Below, piece by piece: positions 16,464 through 24,614 of a DNA stretch of 32,000 bases (positions are counted from its first letter, which is position 1; the number at the start of each line of letters is the position of its first letter). Where the stretch lies: the NCBI RefSeq assembly GCF_000020385.1, contig NC_010814.1:1650001-1682000 (forward strand), written 5' to 3'. The notes beneath the pieces are model-generated. The model had not been told where the DNA came from. It saw only the letters and a program-made list of their open reading frames with translations, and did no database searches. Made by a program: the position numbers and the translations under genes. This stretch comes from Trichlorobacter lovleyi SZ. Lineage in GTDB: Bacteria > Desulfobacterota > Desulfuromonadia > Geobacterales > Pseudopelobacteraceae.

Positions 16464-18511
16464 AACAGTCGATGCTCTGGCAGACCGTTAGAGGGCGGCT
16501 TTTACTGCTTGCCATTGGGGTCGAGCTACTAATGCTGACTCTGCTGGTACTTAACAGCGCCCGCCTCTTGCATGGGGCCATGACCAAGCAGGCGGCATGG
16601 CATGCCAAGCAGATTGCACCGGTTCTTAATGCAGCATTGACGGCTCCCTTGGCGCAGCGTGATTTTGCGACCTTGCAGGCTGTACTGGATGAAAGCAGAG
16701 CCACAGAGGAGCTGGTCTATCTGGCCGTTAGTGACCGTTATGGTGCGCGGGTTGCCTCCAGCGGTCGGATTGATACTGTTCAACCATCAGTTCAGGCAGG
16801 CAGTACGGTGAAGATGGCGCTGCATCCCTTGTTGCCGCAGTATGTGGTTGCGGTGCCGATCAGTCAGAGCGGTCAGCAACTGGGGGTGCTCCACTTTGGT
16901 CTCGACCTTTCCAGAATTTATGAAGCACGCAGCAAACTGATCATGCAGGGGGTCGGCATCGCTGCTGTCGAGCTGGTACTTTCTTCGATCGTACTTTTGC
17001 TGATCGGTCTCTGGATGACCCGCCATCTGAGTACACTGACAAAAGTCAGCCTGGAGGTGGCTGCCGGTAACCTGAGCCCAACGGTTCTACCGGAGGGGAG
17101 GGATGAACTCGGACAACTGGGAGCTGCCTTCAATACCATGTCTAGCGCCATTTTCGAGCGGGTGCAGGAACTTGACCGTCAGAAGGCGTTGCTGTCTGCC
17201 ACAATTAATTCAACCACTGATATCATGTTTTTTAAGAATTTACAGGGGGTCTATCTCGGATGCAACCCGGCCTTTATGGAGTTTGTAGGCAGGTCGCGTG
17301 AAGATATTGTCGGCTCAACCGATTACGATCTTATGCCCAATGATCAGGCGGAATTTTTCAGGGAGCAGGATCGCCAGATGCTGGCAATCGGCATGCCCCG
17401 CAGCAATGAAGAATGGATCAGCTATCCTGACGGGCGCAAGGTGCTGGTAGAGACGAAAAAAGCCCCTTTGCGTGATCAACAGGGACAGATTATCGGCTTG
17501 ATAGGGATCAGCCGTGACATGACTGAGCGCAAGAAGTTGGAAGATGAACTACATCAACAGGCGGCACAGCTGGAACTGGAAATGGCAGAACGTCAGAAGG
17601 CGCAGGAAGCATTGCAACTGCGTGCCGGAGGTCTGGAAAGCCTTAATCTGACGCTTGAAAGCCGGGTCCAGGATGAACTCCGTAAAAACCGGGAAAAAGA
17701 TGCGATTATGCTGCAGCAGGATAAGCTGGCCTCCATAGGGCAGTTGGCTGCAGGAGTTGCCCACGAGATCAACAACCCGATGGGGTTCATCATGAGTAAT
17801 CTGTCCACGTTGCGGGAATATAGTGCCATCCTGATCCGCTATCATCGCTTTCTTGAACAGCAGCAGATGACCGGAGCCGGATCTTCTGCCGAACAGCAGG
17901 CAATTTTAAAAGAGCTGGATATTGCTTACATACTTGAGGATATGCAACCGCTGGTTGACGAATCGCTTGAAGGGGCCGAGCGGGTCAAGCGGATCGTGCA
18001 GGATTTAAAGAATTTTGCGCGTGCCGATGAGAATCGCTTTGTGAAGGCCGACCTGAATCAACTTGTTCAGAGCACCATCAATATCGTGCGTAATGAGATC
18101 AAGTATGTTGCTGATCTTGAGCTTCACTTGGGCGAAATCCCCGAGATCGTCTGTATCCCACAGCAGATCAATCAGGTTATTACCAATCTGTTGGTAAATG
18201 CGGCCCAGGCAATGGATAAACAGGGACAGATTACCATTACTACTCGGCAGGATGGCGACAGGGTGCTGCTGAAGGTACGCGACACAGGTTGTGGTATGAC
18301 CGATGAGGTCCGCCGCAAGATTTTTGATCCCTTTTTTACTACCAAAGAAGTCGGCAAGGGGACAGGTTTGGGGTTGGCAATCTGTTACGACATCATCCAG
18401 AAACACCAGGGAGAGATAGAGGTGGAAAGTAAGTCGGGTGTCGGTACCCTTTTCTGGGTCTGGCTGCCGACGGCAGGCCTGTCGGTAACTGAAGAGTCAT
18501 TACAGCCCTGA
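16460..18511 (+). CDS. membrane sensor histidine kinase (2 TM + periplasmic loop + HAMP + PAS + coiled coil + HisKA + HATPase_c)
   Basis: ATGA overlap with the binding-protein stop. TM helices lie near residues 14-36 and 164-186. HAMP motif is EVAAGNLS...[17 protein letters not shown] domain follows. The H-box [31 protein letters not shown] is paralogous to the 8410 kinase. G-box motifs are DTGCGM and GKGTGLGL. Confidence 0.9.
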   Translation: MKQSMLWQTVRGRLLLLAIGVELLMLTLLVLNSARLLHGAMTKQAAWHAKQIAPVLNAALTAPLAQRDFATLQAVLDESRATEELVYLAVSDRYGARVASSGRIDTVQPSVQAGSTVKMALHPLLPQYVVAVPISQSGQQLGVLHFGLDLSRIYEARSKLIMQGVGIAAVELVLSSIVLLLIGLWMTRHLSTLTKVSLEVAAGNLSPTVLPEGRDELGQLGAAFNTMSSAIFERVQELDRQKALLSATINSTTDIMFFKNLQGVYLGCNPAFMEFVGRSREDIVGSTDYDLMPNDQAEFFREQDRQMLAIGMPRSNEEWISYPDGRKVLVETKKAPLRDQQGQIIGLIGISRDMTERKKLEDELHQQAAQLELEMAERQKAQEALQLRAGGLESLNLTLESRVQDELRKNREKDAIMLQQDKLASIGQLAAGVAHEINNPMGFIMSNLSTLREYSAILIRYHRFLEQQQMTGAGSSAEQQAILKELDIAYILEDMQPLVDESLEGAERVKRIVQDLKNFARADENRFVKADLNQLVQSTINIVRNEIKYVADLELHLGEIPEIVCIPQQINQVITNLLVNAAQAMDKQGQITITTRQDGDRVLLKVRDTGCGMTDEVRRKIFDPFFTTKEVGKGTGLGLAICYDIIQKHQGEIEVESKSGVGTLFWVWLPTAGLSVTEESLQP

Positions 18512-18559
18512 TCATGCAGATAACATTGAACGTGCGGTTTGTGGTGACTCCACCAGCAG

Positions 18560-18587
18560 TTGAACCTGACTGGCAGTATTTTAAAAA
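18560..18587 (+). promoter_or_regulatory. candidate sigma70-type promoter for the yeeE operon
   Basis: TTGAAC (18560-18565), a 16-nt spacer, then TAAAAA (18582-18587), ~80 nt upstream of the ATG at 18667. This is pattern match only. Confidence 0.25.
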
Positions 18588-18666
18588 TGGCTGAGAAGTC
18601 CGTCTACAACATTGCACCATAGCGCAACTCCGTGTACCCTGTAACAAGTACATAGAGGGAGCGATC

Positions 18667-19788
18667 ATGTCGTTGGTGCATGTTTTTATGCTATCGGGTG
18701 GGCTGCTGCTGGGGGCGGCAGCGGGATTTGTAATGCACCGGTCCGGCTACTGTGTGGCCGGTATGTTCCGTGACCTGTTTATGTTTCGTAGTACGCTGTT
18801 GCTGAAAAGCCTGATTCTTCTGCTTGCCGTTTCCCTTCCACTGTTTGAACTGATCCATTTAAGCGGGTTTGTTGCTTTGCCGTTTCCCTTCTTTGGTCCT
18901 CCTTCGCTGGCTAACCTGCTGGGGGGGCTGCTGTTCGGGATCGGTATGGTGCTGGCAGGCGGTTGTGTGGTGGGTACCCTGTATAAACTGGGCAGTGGCA
19001 GTTTTCCTGCTCTGCTTGCCCTGGCGGGACTGGTCGGAGGAAGCACACTCTACGCCTTTTTTCATCCCACCTGGGCGGTCTTTGCCAAGGCGGTTGCCTT
19101 TCCTACCAGAGCAGTAACCTTGTCGCAACTGTTGCTGCAGCCACCCTGGCTGCTGGTTGTGGTGCTGGAGGTGCTGCTGATACCGCTGCTGTTTGTCTGG
19201 TTTCGGCAGCGCCGGATGGAGCGGCCTGCCGTGGTGGCGAGCTACCTGCAACCCTGGAAGGCAGCACTGTTGCTGGCATTGATTGGGACGGCCTCAGTGC
19301 TGCTGGTGGGGATGCCGTTGGGGATCACGACATCGTACAGCAAGATGGGGGCCTTTTTGCTGCAACTGGTTATGCCTGATGTCGCTGCAGGAGTGTCCTA
19401 TTTTAAGCTACTGCCACTTAACTATACCCCGCCATTGGGAGGCGGGGTGCTGGTTGGCGGGCCTGGGGCGGCATTCGATGGTGTCGCTCTGGTGCAGTAT
19501 CCGCTGATTATCGGGATTATTGCCGGTTCAGCTCTTTCCGCGTTATTGCTGGGGGAATGGCGCATGCACTTCGGGTTGCCCTGGCGTCAGGCCGTCTCGG
19601 TGTTGCTGGGGGGTGTGATCATGGGGCTTGCTTCGCGCATGGCTCCAGCCTGCAATATCTGGCACCTGTTCGGCGGGCTGCCGATACTGGCATTGCAGAG
19701 CATGCTGTTTTTGCTCGGGCTGTTACCGGGAGCCTGGCTTGGCGGGTTGTTGTTAACGCATTGGGTAATGCCTGCTGATATTGAGTAA
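18667..19788 (+). CDS. yeeE: YeeE/YedE-family sulfur-compound (thiosulfate) transport membrane protein
   Basis: RBS GAGGGAG. The protein is polytopic and hydrophobic, with the family Cys-containing motifs SGYCVAGMFRD, AGGCVVGTLYK and APACNIWHLFGG. Confidence 0.85.
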   Translation: MSLVHVFMLSGGLLLGAAAGFVMHRSGYCVAGMFRDLFMFRSTLLLKSLILLLAVSLPLFELIHLSGFVALPFPFFGPPSLANLLGGLLFGIGMVLAGGCVVGTLYKLGSGSFPALLALAGLVGGSTLYAFFHPTWAVFAKAVAFPTRAVTLSQLLLQPPWLLVVVLEVLLIPLLFVWFRQRRMERPAVVASYLQPWKAALLLALIGTASVLLVGMPLGITTSYSKMGAFLLQLVMPDVAAGVSYFKLLPLNYTPPLGGGVLVGGPGAAFDGVALVQYPLIIGIIAGSALSALLLGEWRMHFGLPWRQAVSVLLGGVIMGLASRMAPACNIWHLFGGLPILALQSMLFLLGLLPGAWLGGLLLTHWVMPADIE

Positions 19789-19801
19789 AGGAGTGGTGGT
19801 C

Positions 19802-20050
19802 ATGTCGTCTAGCCAGTGTAAAACCATTGATCTGCGTGGTCAGATCTGTCCTTCGACCCTGCTGACCGCCCTGCGGGAGGTCAACAGTCTGAAGATGGAG
19901 CTGAAAACAGGTGATTGCAGTCTGCTGTTTTTGTCCGACAACCGTAACTCGGTGACCCACATTAGCGATGCGGTGGGGAGTATGGGCTATCAGGTTACGG
20001 TGGTGAAAGAAGAGGATTACTACCGGATTGTTGTCTGCAGGCAGGGGTGA
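19802..20050 (+). CDS. TusA/SirA/YeeD-like sulfur-carrier protein
   Basis: ATG 19802 follows RBS AAGGAG. IDLRGQICPSTLLTALREV corresponds to the TusA active-site Cys motif (CPxP, here CPST). ~82 aa, immediately downstream of yeeE as in YeeE/YeeD pairs. Confidence 0.75.
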   Translation: MSSSQCKTIDLRGQICPSTLLTALREVNSLKMELKTGDCSLLFLSDNRNSVTHISDAVGSMGYQVTVVKEEDYYRIVVCRQG

Positions 20051-20051
20051 C

Positions 20052-21962
20052 GTGAGCGAAAACGGAATGCAGGATAGAGCAACGGATCGTAGCCAGGAGT
20101 TGATCGGCTATATCCGGGCAAAGACCAACCGGTTGCTGGAGGTGATGGGAACGGTACCGCTGAATCCGGAGGAGCTGGATGACGCTACCTTACTGGCAGT
20201 GGACCCGATCGGGATTGTTACCGACTCCTTTGAACAGGTACTGGAGCACCTTCAGAAGACCAACAGCGAATTAGCCGCCACCAGGGATGAGTTGCAGGCG
20301 ATCTTTGATTCCGCCGGGGGCGCTATTGTGGTGGTTGATGAGAAGATGGAGGTGGTGGCCTGCAATTCTTACAGTCAGTGGGCCTTGTTTGCCGGTGAAC
20401 GTAACGTAATGGGTAAAAACCTGCGTTCCCTGATCTGCGGCCATGATCAGGAGGAATGCATCCTGGAACAGATTCTGACCACTCAACGCCGGGTTGAACA
20501 GAACGATTTTCTTCATGACGGACGCCATTATCATCTGGTGGGGACACCGCTGAAAAATCACGATGGTGCCATCAGCAGGGTGGTACTGCTCTATACCGAT
20601 ATTACCGAGCGTCGTGCCGCTGCGGAAGAAATTGAACGCTTAGCCTTCTTTGACAGTCTGACCGGCCTGCCCAACCGGGTGCTGCTAAAGGATCGGTTGG
20701 CTCAACTTTTGACCAGGGCCGGACGCTACAATGAAATGGTGGCAATCCTCTTCATCGATCTGGACCGTTTTAAGGAAGTAAACGATACCCTGGGGCACGG
20801 CACGGGGGATCAACTGTTGCAGGTAGTGTCCGAACGGCTGACCGCCTGTCTGCGTAGCTGCGATACCGTGGCTCGTCTGGGGGGGGATGAGTTTGTCGTG
20901 CTGCTGCCGGGTATTACCGAGCGCGACTGCGTCGGCGATATTGCGGCAAAACTGCTGCAGTCGCTGTGCAAACCGGTGCAGTTGGATGCGCGAGAAGTCT
21001 TTACCAGTGGGAGTATCGGTATCTCGCTCTGGCCGATTGATGGCGATTCGGTAAGTACGCTGTTTAAGAATGCCGATACGGCCATGTATCACGCCAAGGA
21101 ACAGGGCAGAAATACCTATCGTTTTTACACGCCTCAGATGCACGCCACTTCTATGGAACAGCTGACCCTGAGCAACGATCTGCGCTACGCCTTGGAACGG
21201 GGAGAGTTACATCTTTGCTATCAGCCTCAGGTCAGCTTTGAGACCGGTGGACTGATCGGCGTAGAGGCACTGCTGCGCTGGATTCATCCAAAGCTCGGTA
21301 TGATTCCGCCTGATCGCTTTATCCCTTTGGCCGAAGATACCGGTTTGATCGTGCCGATCGGGACCTGGGTGTTGCACGAAGCCTGTCGGCAGGCCATGAT
21401 GTGGGTAGCCCAAGGCCTGCCATCACTGCGGGTGGCGGTTAATATCTCGGCCAAACAGTTCCGGGAGTCAGATTTCAGCGATACGGTCAAGGCAGTCCTG
21501 CAGACGACCGGACTGGCGCCCAACCTGCTGGAGCTTGAACTGACCGAAGGGATGCTGATTGAAAATGTTACCCAGACCAAGTTGACCCTGCAGAGTTTAA
21601 AGGATATGGGAGTGACTCTGGCCATCGATGATTTCGGCACCGGTTACAGTTCACTCAGCTACCTGAAGCATTTCCCGCTTGACCGGTTAAAGATCGACAA
21701 GTCCTTTGTGAAGGAGATTGCAGAGAAGTCAGGTGACGCTGCTGCCATCGTTGAAGCTGTGGTGGCTCTGGGGCACAGCCTCAAGCTGACCGTGATTGCC
21801 GAAGGAGTGGAACAGCAGGATCAGGTGGATTTTCTGCACAACCGCAAGTGTGATGAACTACAGGGCTACTTCTTCAGCCGTCCCCTCACACCCCAGGCCT
21901 TGGAAGAACTGCTCCGCAAAGGAGTGAATGGGCCGGAGTTCTGTCTTTACCGCTACCAGTGA
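20052..21962 (+). CDS. PAS-GGDEF-EAL protein (diguanylate cyclase/phosphodiesterase)
   Basis: A PAS-like region is followed by a GGDEF domain with an intact RLGGDEF and an RSCD I-site 5 residues upstream. The EAL domain has EALLRW, NISAKQ, ELTE, DDFGTGYSSL, KIDKSF and EGVE. The start is GTG 20052 (2 nt after the tusA-like stop) or ATG 20067. Confidence 0.9.
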   Translation: MSENGMQDRATDRSQELIGYIRAKTNRLLEVMGTVPLNPEELDDATLLAVDPIGIVTDSFEQVLEHLQKTNSELAATRDELQAIFDSAGGAIVVVDEKMEVVACNSYSQWALFAGERNVMGKNLRSLICGHDQEECILEQILTTQRRVEQNDFLHDGRHYHLVGTPLKNHDGAISRVVLLYTDITERRAAAEEIERLAFFDSLTGLPNRVLLKDRLAQLLTRAGRYNEMVAILFIDLDRFKEVNDTLGHGTGDQLLQVVSERLTACLRSCDTVARLGGDEFVVLLPGITERDCVGDIAAKLLQSLCKPVQLDAREVFTSGSIGISLWPIDGDSVSTLFKNADTAMYHAKEQGRNTYRFYTPQMHATSMEQLTLSNDLRYALERGELHLCYQPQVSFETGGLIGVEALLRWIHPKLGMIPPDRFIPLAEDTGLIVPIGTWVLHEACRQAMMWVAQGLPSLRVAVNISAKQFRESDFSDTVKAVLQTTGLAPNLLELELTEGMLIENVTQTKLTLQSLKDMGVTLAIDDFGTGYSSLSYLKHFPLDRLKIDKSFVKEIAEKSGDAAAIVEAVVALGHSLKLTVIAEGVEQQDQVDFLHNRKCDELQGYFFSRPLTPQALEELLRKGVNGPEFCLYRYQ

Positions 21963-21973
21963 TTTCGTTTTCA

Positions 21974-23806
21974 TTACGTGACGTTTTGGGACGGTCTCTT
22001 CAGAGCCGCCTCCAGTAACCAGAGCCCGCTGACCGGCTGGCGCACCAGGGATGGCAATACGCTGCTCAGTACCTCATCTGTACGTTTTTCCCATTCGGGC
22101 TTGGCGGTACATTTGGCCAGTGCCACCAGGTTCATGACCAGGGCTGCCGGCCCGGATGGAATCACCCCATCATGGTTGTCTGACAGTGCCAGTGGAAGCT
22201 GTTCCTGATCATTTCCGGCGGTGACAAGCCGTTCATCTTCTGTTCTGAACAGATGAAGCGCATCCCTGCAGAGCTGTTCGGCTGTTGCAAGGTCTGCAGC
22301 GTCTCCCCCGGCCTTGAACAGTTCCAGATAGCCCCAGCCCAGAAAGGCGTAATCCTCCAGAAAACCCGCAATGGTTGAGGGGGTACCGCACCAGCTGCGT
22401 AGCAGGCGGCCATCAGCACGGGTCAGGGCGCTGCTGATAAAGGTTGCTGCCCGGCGGGCCGCTTCCAGCCAGCGCCGGTTGTTGGTCAGCGCTGCTCCCC
22501 GTGCCAGTGCCGCGATCATCAGGCCGTTCCAGCCGGACAGGACCTTGAGATCCCGCAGCGGCTGCTGACGCATGGCACGTACCTGCAGCAGCTTCTGTCC
22601 GGCTGCCTTGATTGCTGCCGGTTCTTCAGCCGCCGGCAGGGCCTGGAACAGGACATTCTCTCCCGGTTCTTCAAAATTACCCTGTTCAGTTACCCCGTAA
22701 TACTGGCAAAAGAAGGCCGCCTGATCTCCCAGAATCTGCTCCAGCTCCTGTTTCTTCCAGACATAGCAGGCCCCTTCACGACCTTCAGAATCAGCATCCA
22801 GCCCGCAGTAGAAACCTCCTTCCGGTGCGGTCAGTTCAGCCAGCACAAACTCCAGCAGATTGTCTGCCATCTCCAGATAGCGGTTCTCTTTGGTCAGGGC
22901 ATAGGCCTTAAGCGCTGTGTATGCCACCAGGGCCTGATCGTAGAGCATCTTTTCAAAGTGGGGCACCAGCCAGTGCTGGTCAGTGCTGTAACGGTGGATG
23001 CCGCCACCCAGCTGGTCCCAGATCCCGCCCTGCCGCATTGCCTGTAGTGTATTGAGCGCCAGCTCCTGTTCGATCCGGTTGTCCCTGCCCAGCAGAAACA
23101 GCAGGTAGGGTGGCATCGGAAATTTGGGGGCCTTACCGAAACCGTGGTATCGGGGATCATGGATCTTGCGCAGGGTGGCAACAGCACTGTCCGCCAGCTC
23201 CTTCAGGTCTGGCGCGGTGGTTTGCACCGGGGCTGCAGCCATCTGCCCCAGCGCCTCCATCAGCGATCGGGCGTTGCGCTCAACCGCTTCCTGTTTGTGT
23301 TGCCAGACCCTGGCAATGTTCTCCAGCAGTTCCAGAAAACCGGGCATGCCGCGCTTAGGCTCTTTGGGCAGGTAGGTCAGTGCATAGAACGGGGTGCCGT
23401 CCGGCTTCAGAAAACAGTTCAGGGGCCAGCCGCCGCTGTTGGTCAGGCTCTGGCAGGCAGCCATGCAGAATTCATCCAGATCGGGCCGCTCCTCCCGATC
23501 CACCTTGACCGGCACAAAGGCATGGTTAAGGATATCGGCCACCTCGTCATCCTCAAAGGATTCATGGGCCATGACATGGCACCAGTGGCAGGTGGCATAG
23601 CCGATGGAGACAAATAGCGGCAGGTTGCGCTCCTGTGCCTCCTTTTGTGCGGCCGGTCCCCATTCCCGCCAGTCCACCGGGTTGCGGCTGTGCTGCAGCA
23701 GGTAGGGGGAACGGGAAAAGATCAGGCGGTTGAACTCAGGCCTGCCGTCTTCAGGCAGGGTAGAGCGGTCCAGGGCCAGCAGGGTCTGCAGTTCGTGGTT
23801 GGTCAT
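21974..23806 (-). CDS. YyaL/DUF255 thioredoxin-domain protein with six-hairpin (N-acylglucosamine epimerase-like) C-terminal region
   Basis: SPYLLQHSRNPVDWREWGPAAQKEAQERNLPLFVSIGYATCHWCHVMAHESFED is the characteristic DUF255 N-terminus. 610 aa. Confidence 0.85.
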   Translation of the reverse strand: MTNHELQTLLALDRSTLPEDGRPEFNRLIFSRSPYLLQHSRNPVDWREWGPAAQKEAQERNLPLFVSIGYATCHWCHVMAHESFEDDEVADILNHAFVPVKVDREERPDLDEFCMAACQSLTNSGGWPLNCFLKPDGTPFYALTYLPKEPKRGMPGFLELLENIARVWQHKQEAVERNARSLMEALGQMAAAPVQTTAPDLKELADSAVATLRKIHDPRYHGFGKAPKFPMPPYLLFLLGRDNRIEQELALNTLQAMRQGGIWDQLGGGIHRYSTDQHWLVPHFEKMLYDQALVAYTALKAYALTKENRYLEMADNLLEFVLAELTAPEGGFYCGLDADSEGREGACYVWKKQELEQILGDQAAFFCQYYGVTEQGNFEEPGENVLFQALPAAEEPAAIKAAGQKLLQVRAMRQQPLRDLKVLSGWNGLMIAALARGAALTNNRRWLEAARRAATFISSALTRADGRLLRSWCGTPSTIAGFLEDYAFLGWGYLELFKAGGDAADLATAEQLCRDALHLFRTEDERLVTAGNDQEQLPLALSDNHDGVIPSGPAALVMNLVALAKCTAKPEWEKRTDEVLSSVLPSLVRQPVSGLWLLEAALKRPSQNVT

Positions 23807-23847
23807 GGGGGAAGATCCTCTGGCTGTAGTTTACCATAGAATACCGC

Positions 23848-23875
23848 TTGTTTTGTCCAAAGGAGGTGTTATAGT
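23848..23875 (+). promoter_or_regulatory. candidate sigma70-type promoter of the toxin-antitoxin operon
   Basis: TTGTTT (23848-23853), a 16-nt spacer, then TATAGT (23870-23875), directly upstream of the palindrome and RBS. Pattern match only. Confidence 0.3.
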
Positions 23876-23876
23876 A

Positions 23877-23900
23877 AACAGTACCTAAAACGGTACTGTT
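23877..23900. promoter_or_regulatory. perfect 9-bp inverted repeat AACAGTACC-taaaac-GGTACTGTT, probable TA autoregulatory operator
   Basis: Read directly: arms 23877-23885 and 23892-23900. It lies between the -10-like TATAGT and the RBS GGAGGTG (23901-23907) of the antitoxin gene. Confidence 0.5.
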
Positions 23901-23910
23901 GGAGGTGGGT

Positions 23911-24186
23911 ATGAATGCGCTTACTGCTCAAGAGTTAAAGCGACGTGGTGTTGCCGCAGTGGAAGAGTTGTTGGGAAATGGACCGGTTCACGTCATCAAA
24001 CGGAACCGTCCTGCCTTTGTTGTCTTGAGTGAAGAAGAATACGCCCGTCTTTCCAGCGGTTACGGAGAACCTAATCTGGAGGGCTGGACGGTCTCTGATC
24101 TTTTCAGGCAGCCTGCCTGGGGTACCAAAACAAAAACAGAACTTGATGCCCGCCTGCAGGAAGAACGGGATGCCTGGGGCGATTGA
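23911..24186 (+). CDS. type II antitoxin, Phd/YefM-like
   Basis: MNALTAQELKRRGVAAVEELL...VHVIKRNRPAFVVLSEEEYARL is a typical Phd/YefM-type N-terminus. The stop overlaps the start of a PIN-domain gene (TGATG). Confidence 0.7.
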   Translation: MNALTAQELKRRGVAAVEELLGNGPVHVIKRNRPAFVVLSEEEYARLSSGYGEPNLEGWTVSDLFRQPAWGTKTKTELDARLQEERDAWGD

Positions 24187-24602
24187 TGACTATCTTCCTG
24201 GATGCCTGCAGTATCATCTATTGGGTGGAAATGGCAGAACCCTATTACTCCCGTCTTACGGCCTATTTCCATGACTTGGAACAGGAGTGCGGCGTAGCGG
24301 TAGTCTATGCGGTTTCCCGTCTCAGTATTCTGGAATGTCTGGTTAAGCCGCTACGTGATAACGATCAGGCACTGATCAAGCGCTATGGGCAGTTTTTTTC
24401 ATCACGAGACCTGAAAATAATTGAACTTTCACCTGCCGTTATAGATCGAGCCACCCAGGTACGGGCTTACTGCAGCATCAAAGCGCCTGATGCTATTCAG
24501 GCAGCCTCTGCGTTAAGTATCAAAGGGCCGGTTCGTTTTGTTACCAATGATAAGCGGTTTGCGGTTGTTCCCGACTTGACTGTCAGCTTGTTGCCTGAAT
24601 AA
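24186..24602 (+). CDS. vapC: PIN-domain toxin (VapC-like ribonuclease)
   Basis: The PIN acidic residues are in the expected positions (IFLDAC, ILECL, APDAIQAA, VTNDKRF). ~138 aa, with the ATG overlapping the antitoxin stop by 1 nt. Confidence 0.75.
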   Translation: MTIFLDACSIIYWVEMAEPYYSRLTAYFHDLEQECGVAVVYAVSRLSILECLVKPLRDNDQALIKRYGQFFSSRDLKIIELSPAVIDRATQVRAYCSIKAPDAIQAASALSIKGPVRFVTNDKRFAVVPDLTVSLLPE

Positions 24603-24614
24603 GAGGAGTCTTCA

